This document shows, in pieces, positions 1 to 13,720 of a stretch of 64,000 nucleotides of DNA. The position numbers were made by a program, and so were the translations under genes. The stretch is taken from positions 30,731,253 through 30,795,252 of the forward strand of contig NC_068983.1 of the NCBI RefSeq assembly GCF_001194135.2. The letters run 5' to 3'. The DNA is from Octopus bimaculoides (taxonomy: Eukaryota). The notes under the pieces were generated by a model that worked only from the letters and a program-made list of their open reading frames with translations, had not been told where the DNA came from and made no database searches. Within the stretch, counting starts at the first letter, position 1, and every line of letters starts with the position of its first letter.

Positions 1-909
1 TCTATTGGCTCAACTCATTTGGCATGTGAAGGAATGGTTTTCTTGAAAGCAGGTAGGGGTTGAAATCTGGAAGGGCTTCCAGACATAGAAGTTTTTTCCA
101 ACCCATACCAGCATGGAAAAAGTAGATGTCTAAATAATGATGTTGGTGTTGATCATAATGATAACAATGATGATGATGATGAAGATTATGATGTTGAAGA
201 TGATTATGATGATGAAGATGATGTATGACTTGTTTGTTTATCTGGATGCTGTTGGATACAGCTCATAACTACCCTACAGGAAAGTTGATAATGTTACTGC
301 ATTACACTTCCAAAACTAAGTGGTGACTTTATCTCTAAAGTTCAACACACAGATTGCATTCCTGTATAAAATGTGGAACATTTCTTTATGACAAGCAGTA
401 AAAAAATTCTGTTTCCTTTGGAACTTTTCCAAAGAATATCTACTTTTAAGTTTACATTATTTGGTGATGAACTGGCAGAGTTAACAGAATGTTGGATTAA
501 ATGCATTGTGGCATTTGTTTCAACTCTCTGTGTACTGAGTTCTGCCCTTGCTGAGGTACACTTTGCTTTCATCCTTTCAGGATCAATGAATTAGTTCCAA
601 TCTAAGGAAATGGATTAGTGGAACCATCAGAGAGCCAGATGAGATGTCTTGCAGTATTTGTTCTTGCTCTTTACATTCTGACAACGATAGCAGTGATGAC
701 TCTGATGCCAAGCTATTATCAGTTCAAGTTTGCGGATATTTTCTGTGGATAAGCATTTGTGGCACAGGGAGAAGGATGATGGAGAGTTACAGGTATAGGC
801 AAGTGCTAGTCTTCTGCAAAAGATTTTCTCACACTTGCTCATAGATGTGCAGATGCATGGTCAGCACTAACTGATGAAGGCCCTTCTTCGATGATGAGCA
901 CAATGGATT

Positions 910-1072
910 CATCATCATCATCATCATCGTTTAATGTCCGCTTTCCATGCTAGCATGGGTTGGACAATTTGACTGAGGACTGGTGAACCAGGTGGCTACA
1001 CCAGGCTCCAATCTGATTTGGCAGAGTTTCAACAGCTGGATGCTCTTCCTAATGCCAACCACTCCGAGAGTG
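910..1072 (-). mobile_element. RTE-LINE 3' tail fragment
   Basis: Reverse complement of the tail at 5540-5710 (…ccaacccatgctagcatggaaagcggacgttaaacgatgatg) including its (GAT)n end. Confidence 0.85.
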
Positions 1073-2257
1073 GATTGTGCTGGACAAAATCATTTGTCTA
1101 TTATGTCTCTTTACATGCTGAGTTCAAAAACCTGTGAATTTGATTTTGATTTTTATCCTTCAGAGGGTCAACAAAATAAGTAGTAATAAAGCACTGGGGA
1201 TGGATTAAACTGAATATACTCCTTCGTCAAATTGTGTAGTTAAGTCTCTAGGTTAGAAATAATGCTTAACACCATGTCATTCTATGGACTATGACTTTCC
1301 AGCTGTAACCATCTGTCATATTTTTTATAGAGCAAGAGATCCAGTACTGCCTTTTTTTTTTAAAGACAGCTGAGAGAGCTGCTATTTCTAACAAGTCAAA
1401 CAAATAAGTAGAGACTCCTCTATGGACTTATTTACTGCCACGTGGACTTGTTTTATGAAAATTACATGTCTTAAGAACAGGGAAGAATATTTTGAGAGTA
1501 TTGATGATCAGGATGTATGAAAGGAGTGCCTGCAAAACCAACAATAGACCTATTAGTATCTACTGGGGCCCCTCTCTGAAAGAAAAACTCAAACCTCAGT
1601 ACCCTTAAATTTTAAGAGGAATCCATGAGCCTGAAAATAGTTTTGTTCTCTCTTGCCAAATTTCACTCAGAGGCTCTTGCTAAAGACAAGATACCAACTA
1701 ATGATGACCCTTCATCAAACGAGCATGGGCAGCCAAGCACAGTGTCTTTATTTAGCATTTTCAATAATTTATAGATCTAGAGAACTTATACTGTCATCTG
1801 AAGAGGTTGGGAATATGAGTAGGAAGGAACAAAACAACAAGCAAATAAGAAAACCAAAACTAAATAAATAACTATAACAGAAATGTCTTTTATTGATGTC
1901 TAATTGCATTTCCAATTAATTTAGATCACATCTGGCCTAATAGAGGTCTCCCATTTAATGAAATTGTACCATAAACAAAGATGGTAGATGTTTGCAATAT
2001 ATTAAGGAAAGTAATAGTAATTTCACTATATCCTTAACTTGGATCGATTTGTAGCCAGGAAGTATTTCTCCAGGGTATGTTCTTCACCCACAACACATCA
2101 ACCCACACCTTGCTACCCTCCATTTACTGGACTACAAAGATGAAAAAAAATGATAACAAAGTAAAAAGAAAACATCCATCTACTTTATAAATGAAGATTT
2201 ACATCCAGTCAATGATTTACATACATGAAAGCTTTTAACGGAACTGACATGACATTT

Positions 2258-2375
<118 letters not shown>

Positions 2376-3139
2376 TAAGTGATTGTGGTAATGTAGGAAA
2401 GACATCTGTTGAATGAACACAGTAGAAATCAGCTTTACACATGACATCTGACCAATTAGATATATTGCAATGATTACATACATACAAAACAAGAATAAAA
2501 TATCAAGCATAGCAAAAATTTTAAAAAAACAGAAAAGAACATAGAATAAAACAAAATATTGTCCATGCTTTTTCATGTATTATTTGTTATCACTCATTCA
2601 CTGCCCACCCTGATGAATAAAGATAATTCATGAATGGTATGGCAATTGATAATAAAAGGATATTAATACTGATATTAGCATTGCTAAATAGATGACAACT
2701 AGCGAAGTTTGGCTTGTTGTATCATTTAGAGGAGCATGAAAAGAATGTTCTTTCTCCAGTCATTATTTTGACAAATGAAGAAAATTGTCATTATTATTCA
2801 GTGAACTGGCACAGAGTCGAATAAAATGCCTTATGGTAATATTATTCTGGGAATTTACAGTCTGAGTTCACATCATACCAAGGTAATCTGGGGCTGATAA
2901 ATATAACGAACCATCAAGTACTGGAGTTGATGTAACTGACTTCTGCCGCTCCTCAAAAACTGGTGGCTCTGTGCCAAAATTTGGAACCATTATTATTATT
3001 ATCATCATTATTATTATTATTAATATTATTAATATTATTATTATTCGGACAAAACCTTTTGTAACCTTCGTCCTATCTTTGTCCTTATATGTTTTTAATT
3101 GATATTAGCCCTTGTGGCCAATAAAATGAATTAATTATT

Positions 3140-3500
3140 ATTATTATTATTACGATTATTATTATCATTGAGTGAGAGAGCAGTACATGCCATCAAAGTG
3201 ACACTGGGATAAAATATACGAAGCCCATTATACCTACCATGACTACCTGTCTGATAAGGGTACATCAGGTACATGCATCACAATCATATGTGCACAACAT
3301 GGTGATCTCATATCAAGATTAGCAGTGCATGACTTTGCAGGTGGGACCCAGTTAGAATTTTCTTTATGTCAAGTAGCCCATCTTGCTCAAAAGGTCCCTA
3401 AATAAGGGTTGTTTAAGGATGTTGAATGAAACACTCATGTTTCCAGAGGTGAATTATCCAAACCTCAAAGAATTCCTATCAACACATGGCTATGATACTC
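3140..3500 (-). mobile_element. Unclassified SINE-like family G copy with (AAT)n tail
   Basis: Inverted homologue of 7890-8230 (gtcactttgatgg…tgc…ctc tail; cttatcaga; gagatcaccatg). Confidence 0.7.
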
Positions 3501-3734
3501 CCCCTATTATTATTATTATTATCATTATTATTATTATTATTATTATAGTGGTATTTCGTCTGTCTTTACAATCAAAGTTCAGATTCTGAGGTCAACATTG
3601 CCTTACATCCTTTTGGGGGTCGATAAATTAAGTACCAATGAAAAACTGGGGTCGATGTTATTGCCACATCCCCTCCCACAAAATGGCTGCCCTTGTGGAA
3701 AAATTTGAAACCATTATTATTATTATTATTATCA

Positions 3735-4085
3735 TGGAGGCGCATGGCTTAGTGGTTAGGGTGTCAGCATCATGATCGAAAGATTGTGGTTTCGATTCCT
3801 GAACCGGGCAATGCGTTGTGTTCTTGAGCAAAACACTTCATTTCACGTTGCTCCAGTTCACTCAGCGGGCAAANNNNNNNNNNTTTCGATTCCTGAACCG
3901 GGCAATGCGTTGTGTTCTTGAGCAAAACACTTCATTTCACGTTGCTCCAGTTCACTCAGCGGGCAAAAATGAGTAACGCTGCGATGGACTGGCATCCTGT
4001 CCAGCTGGGGAATACATACGCCATTGAAACCGGAAAACCGGGCCCATGAGCCTGGTTAGGCTTTAAAAGGGTGCATTTATTTATT
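3735..4085 (+). mobile_element. tRNA-headed SINE family E (V-domain-like 3' part)
   Basis: A box tggcttagtggtt, B box gtttcgattcc, ttgtgttcttgagcaaaacactt, then gcgatggactggcatcctgtccag (V-SINE-like, recalled, not searched). An 84-bp duplication across a 10-N gap is artefactual. Confidence 0.75.
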
Positions 4086-4105
4086 TTTTATATTATTATT
4101 ATCAT

Positions 4106-4723
4106 TAAGGCAGTGAGCTGGCAAAAATCATTAGCACATCAGGCAAAATGCTTTACCTTCTGAGTTCAAATTCTGCCATGGTCAACTTGCCTTTCATTCT
4201 TTTGGGGTTGATAAAATTAGTACCAGTTGAGTACTGGAGTCAATGTAATTGACTTGCCTCTTCCCCTAAAATTGCTGGCCTTGTGCCGAAATTTGAAATC
4301 ATCATTATTATTAATATTATTATTAAGGCAGTGAGCTAGCTGAATCATTAGCATTCCAGGTGAAATACTGCTAAGCATTTCAACTGTCCTCATGTTCTGA
4401 GTTCAAATTCCGCCGAGGTTGACTTTGCTTTCTATCCTTTCGGGGAGCACAGGGGGTGATGTAAATGACTAGTCCCCTCCCCTAAAATTTCAAGCCTTGT
4501 GCCTATACTAGAAAGGATTATTATTCTTATGAAGATGATGAAGTGGCAGACTCCTTACAGAAATGTCTTGTACAGTTTCAGTACTTTACACTCTGAGTTC
4601 AAATCCTGCTGAAGCTAACTTTACCTTTCATCCTTTCAGGATTGTTAAAATGAAATACCAGTCATGAACTGGATTTGAAGTTACTGACAAACCCCTCCCC
4701 TCAAAAAATTGCTGGCCTTATTA

Positions 4724-4770
<47 letters not shown>
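4106..4770 (+). mobile_element. Three head-to-tail family A SINEs with (ATT)n tails
   Basis: Repeated gagctggca…ttagca…tctgagttcaaat…gcctttcatcctt…gataaaat.agtaccag…ggccttgtgcc units. Confidence 0.8.
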
Positions 4771-5710
4771 AATAAGAATAGCCTGGGCAAAGTTTAGAGA
4801 GCTCTTACCCCTGCTGGCGACAAAGGGACTCTCACTCAGAGTAAAAGGCAGACTGTATGATGCATGCGTACGAACAACCATGCTACATGGCAGTGAAACA
4901 TGGGCTGTAACTGCTGAGGACATACGTAAGCTCGCAAGGAATGAAGCCAGTATGCTCCGTTGGATGTGTAAAGTCAATGTGAATACCCGTCAGAGTGTAA
5001 GTATCTTGAGAGAAAAGTTGAACATTAGAAGCATCAGTTGTGGCGTGCAAGAGNNNNNNNNNNNNNNNNNNNNNNNNNNNNNNNNNNNNNNNNNNNNNNN
5101 NNNNNNNNNNNNNNNNNNNNNNNNNNNNNNNNNNNNNNNNNNNNNNNNNNNNNNNNNNNNNNNNNNNNNNNNNNNNNNNNNNNNNNNNNNNNNNNNNNNN
5201 NNNNNNNNNNNNNNNNNNNNNNNNNNNNNNNNNNNNNNNNNNNNNNNNNNNNNNNNNNNNNNNNNNNNNNNNNNNNNNNNNNNNNNNNNNNNNNNNNNNN
5301 NNNNNNNNNNNNNNNNNNNNNNNNNNNNNNNNNNNNNNNNNNNNNNNNNNNNNNNNNNNNNNNNNNNNNNNNNNNNNNNNNNNNNNNNNNNNNNNNNNNN
5401 NNNNNNNNNNNNNNNNNNNNNNNNNNNNNNNNNNNNNNNNNNNNNNNNNNNNNNNNNNNNNNNNNNNNNNGGCACATAAAAGACACCATTTCGAGCGTGG
5501 CCGTTTTCGTGCGGGTGACACGTAAAAGCACCCACTACACTCTCTGAGTGGTTGGCGTTAGGAAGGGCATCCAGCTGTAGAAACTCTGCCAAATCAGACT
5601 GGAGCCTGGTGTTGCCATCCGGTTTCACCAGTCCTCAGTCAAATCGTCCAACCCATGCTAGCATGGAAAGCGGACGTTAAACGATGATGATGATGATGAT
5701 GATGATGATA
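4771..5710 (+). mobile_element. 5'-truncated RTE-clade LINE, young copy, middle in N gap
   Basis: Open frame IAWAKFRELLPLL…RLYDACVRTTMLHGSETWAVT…ARNEASMLRWMC matches the RTE post-RT region; intact 3' UTR with (GAT)n tail after the gap. Confidence 0.92.
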
Positions 5711-5788
5711 TGGAGCTACAAACAACAAATGTGTTTTAAAATACATCGCATGAGCTTTTGAAAACTATCAGATCACTCTCTTAATTGA

Positions 5789-5838
<50 letters not shown>

Positions 5839-7393
5839 ACGTGCGGGCGCACACATGTGTATGTATTGTGTATGCATGGACTCATTTCATAGAGAAGTGA
5901 TTGAAAATGACTACATTTTGAAAAAAACAAAAAAAAATTTTTTTGCCATCACACAAATTTCAAAAATATTTGTTAACAAAGCATTCACTGAAGTGGCAGG
6001 CAGTAGGAGGATAACTCCCACAAATGAGACAGCAATGTATATATGCTCTTATGAAAACATTTAATAGATTAATATAGAGTTAAACAGAAAAATGATGGAA
6101 AATACTCAGATATAACAATTCTACAAATGGACTCTTTTGTAAATGCAATCTTTTTGTCCTTCAGCATGCACAATTTATTTCGACTGAAGTATTTGCATTT
6201 TAGCTAAAGTTTTTTAAGTCTCATATTATATAACATTTGTGATATTGTATAACGTTTTTGCTTCATCTACACATTAATTATATAAATATGTATGTACATT
6301 CTTACACATTGTAACACACTTTAAATGAATGAATGGGCTCTTATAGAAAATAAGAAAAGGTTATTATTAATATTACAACCATTATCATCATCATTATTAT
6401 TATTGTTTATGAAGGTACATAGCATAGATGTTAGGTGTTAAGCTTCGAAACATAAGGTTATGAGTTTGATTCTTAGACCAAGTGGTGCTTTGTGTCTTTG
6501 AGCAACAGGCTTCACTTTACATTGCTTCAAGAGGAGTACTAACCTAGTGCTGGTGCAGCTCTCAATGCAGTGATCTGACTGAATCAGTAGAGCATCCCTC
6601 TCCACAAAATGTTTTGTGATATTTGTTGCAGCTCTGAGTTCAAATCCTGCCAGGGTCAACATAACATTTCGTTCCTCCAGGATTGATAAAATAAAGTACC
6701 TGTCAAGAAATGGGAACAACAGAATCAACTTATCCTCCTCCCCTCACTCCTAGTAGTATCATCCTAACCTCTTGTGATGATAGAGAGCAAATGGAAGTGG
6801 GAGAGGAATGGAAGACTGTTGCAAAGAAAGAATAGGAAGGAAGGAAGGAAGGAAAAGTGTGAGCTTAAGCAGAAGTGGGACACTGAAAGGGGAGCATTAC
6901 TCTATGGAGTTGCTCAACTTCACAATGATTGAAAAGGAAAGCAATTTGATGATGCTTGAACCGGAGGGTAATGAACCTAAGTAATATGTTGATTGATCAC
7001 ACATTGTGGGGTCCTTTATGGCCTGGCTGACCAAAAAAACACTTAAGGATTGTTTTGAGTGTTGGGATTTGAGTATATGGAGTGGAAGTTAGTTGTTATA
7101 ATTCATAACATTTGCTTAAATAATTTGAATGGTTTTTAAGGGCAAAATCATATACTTAAGTCACTGGTTCATATCCTACCGATTCCAGATAATGTTTCTT
7201 AGTCTTCCAAATGCTGTAGATACTAGTGAGATTTGTCTTTTCTGTTCTGATCTATTTGGTACAATACTATCAAGAAACACAAAACTTGAGTAAGACATAG
7301 AAATACTATCATAATAAAATCTTTCCATTTAACATAATGGCTCAGCCATGCAATAGGAAGGCCATCCAAAAGCAAATAATGCTAAAATACAAG

Positions 7394-7463
<70 letters not shown>

Positions 7464-7699
7464 TTTCTAAGCCACACCGCCATGATCTGAATTTATGGCC
7501 ATATTTGTCTGTAGTCAGTGTCCAACTGGTACTTATTTTATCAACCCCAAAAGGATAAAAGACAAAGCTGACCTCCTTAGCATAATTTGAACTCAGAACA
7601 TAAAGATGGCCAAAATGCTTTGTAGCATTTGTCCAGTATGCTAACAATACTACTAGTTCTCTGCCAGTGGCTCCCATGGCTTCTGATTTTAACTGAGTG

Positions 7700-8184
7700 G
7701 AAGTGTTATGTACATTGTTTTGTCTTGGTATAAAATATTCTTGCTCAATACCACAGATTTGCTTGTCAGTTGTTTAACCATAATCAGTTGAGCATGTCTC
7801 TTAGTGGCTGACAATATGTGCATCTCTGTTCATGAGCAGAAGTAGTGGGGGAGCATCATAGCTATTTGTTGAGAGGAATTCTTTGGGGTTTAGATAATTC
7901 AGCTTTGGAAACATGGATTTTTCATTCAACATCCTTAAACAACTCTTATTCAGGGACCTTTTGAGCAGAATGGGCTACTCAACTTCAAGAAAATTCTAAC
8001 TGGCTCCTCCTGTAAGGTCATGCACTGTTTATCTTGATATGAGATCACCATGTCACACACAGATGGTTGTGATGCATGTGCCTGGTGTACTCTTATCAGA
8101 CGGTTATTCATGATGTGTATACTGGGCATCATATATTTTACCTCAATGTCACTTTGATGGTATGCACTGCTTTCTCATATAATG

Positions 8185-8230
<46 letters not shown>
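7700..8230 (+). mobile_element. Unclassified SINE-like family G copy
   Basis: Homologous to 3140-3500; ends in an (AAT)n array. Confidence 0.7.
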
Positions 8231-8233
<3 letters not shown>

Positions 8234-9119
8234 CTTTCAACACAGTGAAAATAAGAGCACCACAACAAACCACAGCACATACCTAAGACACACAGAGCTG
8301 CAATCAGTTGTGCAGTGTAAGCATGTGATCAAAATAAGACTACTGAATAATAATAATAATGACGATAATAATAACAACAACAACAACAACAACAATAATT
8401 GATTCCAGATTAGTCGCATATTGCCTGTGTGTACATAGCATTTTTCTGTTGGTCCCTAGGGTGGCTCACAATGATTATCATTTACTTTTGTTAATAATTT
8501 TGCCTTCTCATTCCATTTTCACTATGTTATTTTAAACTGATCCCTATTGATTATTTTCCCCCTAATAATCTAGAAGAAGGTAGTGCAGTGAACTTATGCA
8601 GATCACCAGTTTAGTTTCACTTTTTTATCATGTGTTATTTTGGTCAATTAGAAATTTATAGTTTGTGAGCCATTTCTTTTTTTTTCAGCGCAAGTTTTAC
8701 AAAGCACATGAGCGTTGTATGCTCACCATTGTCATGATTGCTATTTTAGCCAATCAGTAACTAGAAGTATGTTGAACCATATTTCACCTACTCAAAGAAG
8801 TCAGAATCTGTGTGTTCCCTATTAGTTATTTGCTTGATGCTAGACTAGTTGACTAGCTATTATTTATCTTTTATCTTTTAACTTTTACTTGTTTCAGTCA
8901 TTAGACTGCGGCCATGCTGGAGCATTGCCTTGAATTTTTAGTCAAATGAATGAAACCCCGTACTTCTTTTTTAAGCCTGGTACTTATTCTATCAGTCTCT
9001 TTTGCTGATCTGCTAAGTTAAAGGGATGCAAACACCAGTACCAGTTCTCAAGCAGTGGTGGGTGACAGACACAAACAGAAAGACACATAGACACACACAC
9101 ACACACACATATATATATA

Positions 9120-9305
9120 GGGAGAATTCATAAAAACCAAAAGACAAAGACAGGTGGTGTAGACAACAAACAGATGTATTAGTTTAATGCTCATGAAGTG
9201 AAAAAATCTTTAATGTTTCGAGCCTATGCTCTTCCACAGAAAGGAACACAGAAAGAAACAGGGAGAGAAAATAAAGAATGTGTAGTGGCTAGCGTTCTAT
9301 CATGG
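9120..9305 (-). mobile_element. Penelope-like terminal repeat fragment containing a hammerhead-like motif
   Basis: Homologous to 58778-58900; abuts a (CA)/(TA) microsatellite; carries the motif at 9208-9243. Confidence 0.6.
9208..9243 (-). ncRNA. Minimal hammerhead-ribozyme-like motif, variant core
   Basis: Minus strand cttt-CTGTGGA-a-GAGC atag GCTC-GAAAC-ATT-aaag: stem I 4 bp, stem II 4 bp, core A6 replaced by U, stem III not paired. Confidence 0.5.
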
Positions 9306-9690
9306 TGGGCTTCTTCCTGTTTCCGTCTACCAAGTTCACTCACAACCATGTGGTTGAGAAATAAACTTCTTGCCATACAGCTGTACCTGTGCCTATTGTT
9401 TATTTATGATTTTTATTCGGGTAACAACCATGCGTAAACTATCTCTTTACTGTGTCATTTCATTCTCCCTCTCTCCTAGCTAGACAATAATCTTAGTCTA
9501 GCTCCAACAGAATAATTTTGATTAGCTTAAGATCATATTTACTTATTTGACGTTTTTTTCTACTTAAGGATAGTTATCTGCTTGCACACATTAAACACTA
9601 CAACACAAATTGTTTGGTTGACATGAAAATATGAAAATATCCACATTTTCCATAACATTCCTGCAACAAATGACCTTCCTGGCTTTATGA

Positions 9691-9741
9691 TGTACATTTC
9701 CATTTGTACATTTCCATTTGTACATTTCCATTTGTACATTT
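9691..9741 (+). repeat. 14-bp tandem repeat (tgtacatttccatt) x3.6
   Basis: Read directly from the sequence. Confidence 0.95.
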
Positions 9742-10231
9742 ACACAAATATGCTCTGATTGTTGTAAATTAAGCTTAAAAATTTTCCATGCCTGATGTCT
9801 GTTCCTTTTTAACATGGATTCACAACTCATGTGTCGTGTAATTATTGTATAATTTTCCAGCAAGTTCCATTGAAATCTACATTTATGTTGGTATTTAAGA
9901 AATAAAAGGAAAGATGATATAAAATCAATTTTTGTTATATCTACAAACAATATTTTAATTTCCTAAACATCCTATAAATAGTTAAATAAATTTTAATATT
10001 CATTGTACTACGATTTGGATATAATGGACAACAATAATTAATATAAGTGATAAATAATAGTATGTACACTTACATCATATAAAATATATATGTTTAGAAA
10101 TATAATATATCAATATCATACAGAAATATCATACATCGATATGATACAAAAATACCGTAGATCAATAACAATAAAAAGGAACAAAAATAAATATTTTCAG
10201 TTATATTCCAAATCTGAAACACACTGGAGTT

Positions 10232-10272
<41 letters not shown>

Positions 10273-10614
10273 GTGATGATGATGATGATAATGATAACGA
10301 CAATGACGATGACAATGATGATGATGAAATACTCTGTAATTCATGATGATGAATAAGAGAAAAAGAACACCATCCCTGGAAACTTTATGATAACAGTTGG
10401 CACGGATACAAAATAAAGTTTGTGAAAGTTGAAGGGTTTTATGTTAACTACATTAAAGTAAAGTAAAATAAAAATTAAATTAAAAAAAAAAAAATTGCAA
10501 AAGTTAAAATAGAAATATATTTTAGGAGAATTTTAATGATTGAAGTAATGAAATAAAATAATATTGACAAATAGGATAAAAGCAGTGGAATAAATAGAAT
10601 AGTCAATAACCAGA

Positions 10615-10910
10615 TGGAAGAACAAAATATTTCTTAATCTATCTGCATGTATACTTGCACAACTGGTAACTGAAACAATGTCCAGTTTTGCCAACGTATA
10701 GGGAATTACAAAGTTTATATTTGCTACAATAAACAAGGCCAATAGTGATGCAGTCAAAGAGGATAGTAGATATGAAATTGAGTTTTAGGGCCAGCTATAC
10801 ACTTGCTGTTGGAGATGATGGGACAAGTGTAAAATACAGAATGGGAGCATTTGAAAGTGTCACATTATGTATTACAGGAGGGAAGGGAGCTTCAAGCAAA
10901 GTGGTCATGT
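10615..10910 (-). mobile_element. Decayed Penelope-like element (Neptune-type) GIY-YIG endonuclease remnant
   Basis: Minus-strand translation with stops and one frameshift: SSLP…DTFKCSHSVFYTCPIISNSKCIAGPKTQFHI/FDCITIGLVYCSKYKLCNSLYVGKTGHC, fitting the GTFPC..C.TCP…GPK..F….FTC…LIYCI.C..C..LYIGETGR pattern. Confidence 0.8.
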
Positions 10911-11058
10911 AGGTTTTGTCATTCTTGAAAAAAAAATAAAAATAAATAAATAAATAAAAACAACAAAAACAAAAAAAAGGAGGAGGAAGTGATTAGGAAA
11001 GCTTTTAGCTATTTGAGAGAGAAACAGAAAAGGAAGCAGCCTTTGTGAGATATGACTT

Positions 11059-11210
11059 ATTAATCCTTTAGTGTTCAGATTAGTCAGTATTCAGATTACT
11101 CTGTCAAATATATTGTGTGTTTATTTATATTGTTTTGAATTTATCATGCACTATCTGTAGTTTAGAGATTTTGATGTGTTTTTTTTTAATTTTAGAATGA
11201 CATTGTAGGG
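11059..11210 (-). mobile_element. Partial piggyBac-like MITE (family of 48816-49042)
   Basis: ttaatcctttagtgttcagatt…actctgtcaaat matches the reverse complement of the right end of 48816-49042. Confidence 0.65.
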
Positions 11211-11668
11211 TTGGCCGGCCGCCTACACTTTTTTCTGCAAAATAGGGGTAGTTTATCCTGTTCAGGCATCTGTCTGGGTGAAAAGTCAGAAAATGAGTTC
11301 CATCTTCAGGTGCCTGTGTTTTTGGTAGCAGTAATGAAGTTCTATTGGTGGCCTGAATTTGTTGAAATAAAAATTTGACTAATGCATTTTTTCCTAGCTT
11401 GGGGGTTACTCCTGGACTATGGCTATTTATTCTCTGAGTTCAAATCCCATTAAGATCAACTTTGCCTTTCATTCTTTTGGGGGTCAGTAATATNNNNNNN
11501 NNNNNNNNNNNNNNNNNNNNNNNNNNNNNNNNNNNNNNNNNNNNNNNNNNNNNNNNNNNNNNNNNNNNNNNNNNNNNNNNNNNNNNNNNNNNNNNNNNNN
11601 NNNNNNNNNNNNNNNNNNNNNNNNNNNNNNNNNNNNNNNNNNNNNNNNNNNNNNNNNNNNNNNNNNNN

Positions 11669-11743
<75 letters not shown>

Positions 11744-12680
11744 TTATATATTGTGGGCACCTTTTCTATGGGGCTTTCATTCAGCAGCACCATTTACATG
11801 ATGGTAAATCTAGCATCAGTTACCTTCATAATTCCAGAGTACAAATGAAGAACAAAAAGCAAGTCATGATGCTTGTATTCTATTCAATACAGCCATAGAA
11901 ACCATACCAAATCAGACTGGGGTCTGGTGCAGCTCCCCAGCTTGCCAGCTCTGGTCAAACCGTCTGACCCATGCCAGCATGGACAACAGACGTTTGATGA
12001 TAATGATGATGTTATCTAGGGCTTATGCAGTAGGAATTCCATATCTGCCTCCTGGTGTTGTTCTTATATTATTATCATATATCATATTGCATTGTATTAT
12101 TTTGATTTTGTGTATAAGTGTGGTGTATTGTATTATACTGGATTACTGGGATATATCCTTTCAAATGCTGTATAAGTGATAGTAGCATAATTGTCCTGAA
12201 TAAATGATTGCTGATTCTAAAGTAAGCACTCATCACCTCCTTGCAATAACATGAATAGTTGTAATGCATTGTAGCACAACAAAGTAAATGGAGGAATATC
12301 AATAACCTTATCTTTTGATCAGTGTAGAGCAGAAATAAGCAAAACAGAAAAAAAGTAGCTTTGAAACATATAAAGAGAAATAAAGAGTGCAAAGGTGAGT
12401 TCAAGAATGTCAATTAAAGAGTAAAATAAAGAGACATAATGAACTTGACTCTTATGCAGAAATATAATAGAATAAGTGAGGTTAAGAGAAAGAAATTGTG
12501 TGATAGTTAAGTATTGATCCATTTGAACAGACAGATGATAATGTGAACTTCCAATATTTCAGAAGGTCACTTTCAAATTTTCAACATTTGGTAAAGATTT
12601 CTTAACTTGCATTTAGATAATTTGCAGAACTGTTAAGGGTTTTCAGTATGAGGTTCTTTTTAGTTATACACATCTTATGT

Positions 12681-13063
12681 GGAGGCGCAATGACCCAATG
12701 GTTAGGGCAGTGGACTCACGGTCATAGGATCGCGGTTTTGATTCCCAGACCGGGCGTTGTGAGTGTTTATTGAGCGAAAACACCTAAAGCTCCACGAGGC
12801 TCTGGCAGGGGATGGTGACGAACCCTGCTGTACTCTTTCACCACAACTTTCTCTCACTCTTACTTCCTGTTTCTGTTGTACCTGTATTTCAAAGGATCAG
12901 CCTTGTCACACTGTGTCACACTGAATCTCCCCAAGAACTATGTTAAGGATACACGTGTTTGTGGAGTGCTCAGCCACTTGCACGTTAATTTTACAAGCAG
13001 GCTGTTCCGTTGATCGGATCAATTGGAACCCTCGTCGTCGTAAGTGATGGAGTGCTAACAACA
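12681..13063 (+). mobile_element. Full-length tRNA-headed SINE family D
   Basis: A/B-box head, (CAA)n tail, TSD acacatct(t/c)at(g/a)t at 12668-12680 and 13064-13076; inverted sister at 29569-29947. Confidence 0.88.
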
Positions 13064-13344
13064 ACACATCTCATATATTTTTATCCAATTCTATATGGTG
13101 TGCACTGTTCAAGGATCTCTCACCTGCTATTGAAATTAGTGGCACATTCTTTCAAATTCCAAATGTAACTGGACGAGGTTGTATGCTTCTTTTCTTTTAT
13201 ATCTGAAGCAAGAAGTATGATAGAAGTAAGATTATTTAAATTTACATCCTAACTAACCTATATAGTAGGTATAAAAGATTGGTTTGATGAAGATTAATTT
13301 GCTTCACATATGATCACTTCATTATTAGATGGCTAACTCATTTC

Positions 13345-13720
13345 AACTGTATGAAGTTCCGATCTCTAACTGTGGAGTAACCTGTAGAAGGGTAGATGCA
13401 GGAAGACAGGGGATACGACGGTGAAGCATGATCTTTCAATGTTGAGTTTCACGGAGGCAATGACAAGCGATTGAGTCCTTTGGTGATATGCTGTTCTTCA
13501 GAATACATATCAAACCAAGTGAAATTGTAGTCATGGCCAGTGCTGGAGACACATAAAAAGACACATACTACACTCTTGGAGTGGTTAGTGCTAGGAAGGG
13601 TATCCAGTCACAGAAACCAAGCCAAACCATACTGTAGCCTGGCACAGCTCTGGCTTACTGGTTACAGTCAAACCATCTAACCCATGCCAGCATGGAAAAT
13701 GGATGATAATGATGCTGATG
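13345..13720 (+). mobile_element. Older RTE-LINE 3' end
   Basis: Decayed ORF end resembling TCRRGRPRKTW..VVKHDL…EAMTSDR.LW.YAV, followed by the ccatgccagcatggaaaa…(GAT)n tail. Confidence 0.75.

Noticed and set aside
600-900. Exon-like GC-richer segment
   Set aside because: Short open frames on both strands with no consistent splice pair or recognisable homology.
2040-2125. Minus-strand MEGSKVWVDVLWVKNIPWRNTSWLQIDP as a gene start (loose CPLANE1-like PW…SWL)
   Set aside because: Similarity too short, weak donor, no supporting downstream exon found.
3790-3967. 84-bp tandem duplication in a family E SINE
   Set aside because: Identical copies flank a 10-N gap: contig-overlap artefact.
10789-10908. 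Plus-strand exon-like frame ASYTLAVGDDGTSVKYRMGAFESVTLCITGGKG
   Set aside because: It is the antisense of the Penelope-like endonuclease relic, which explains the composition better.
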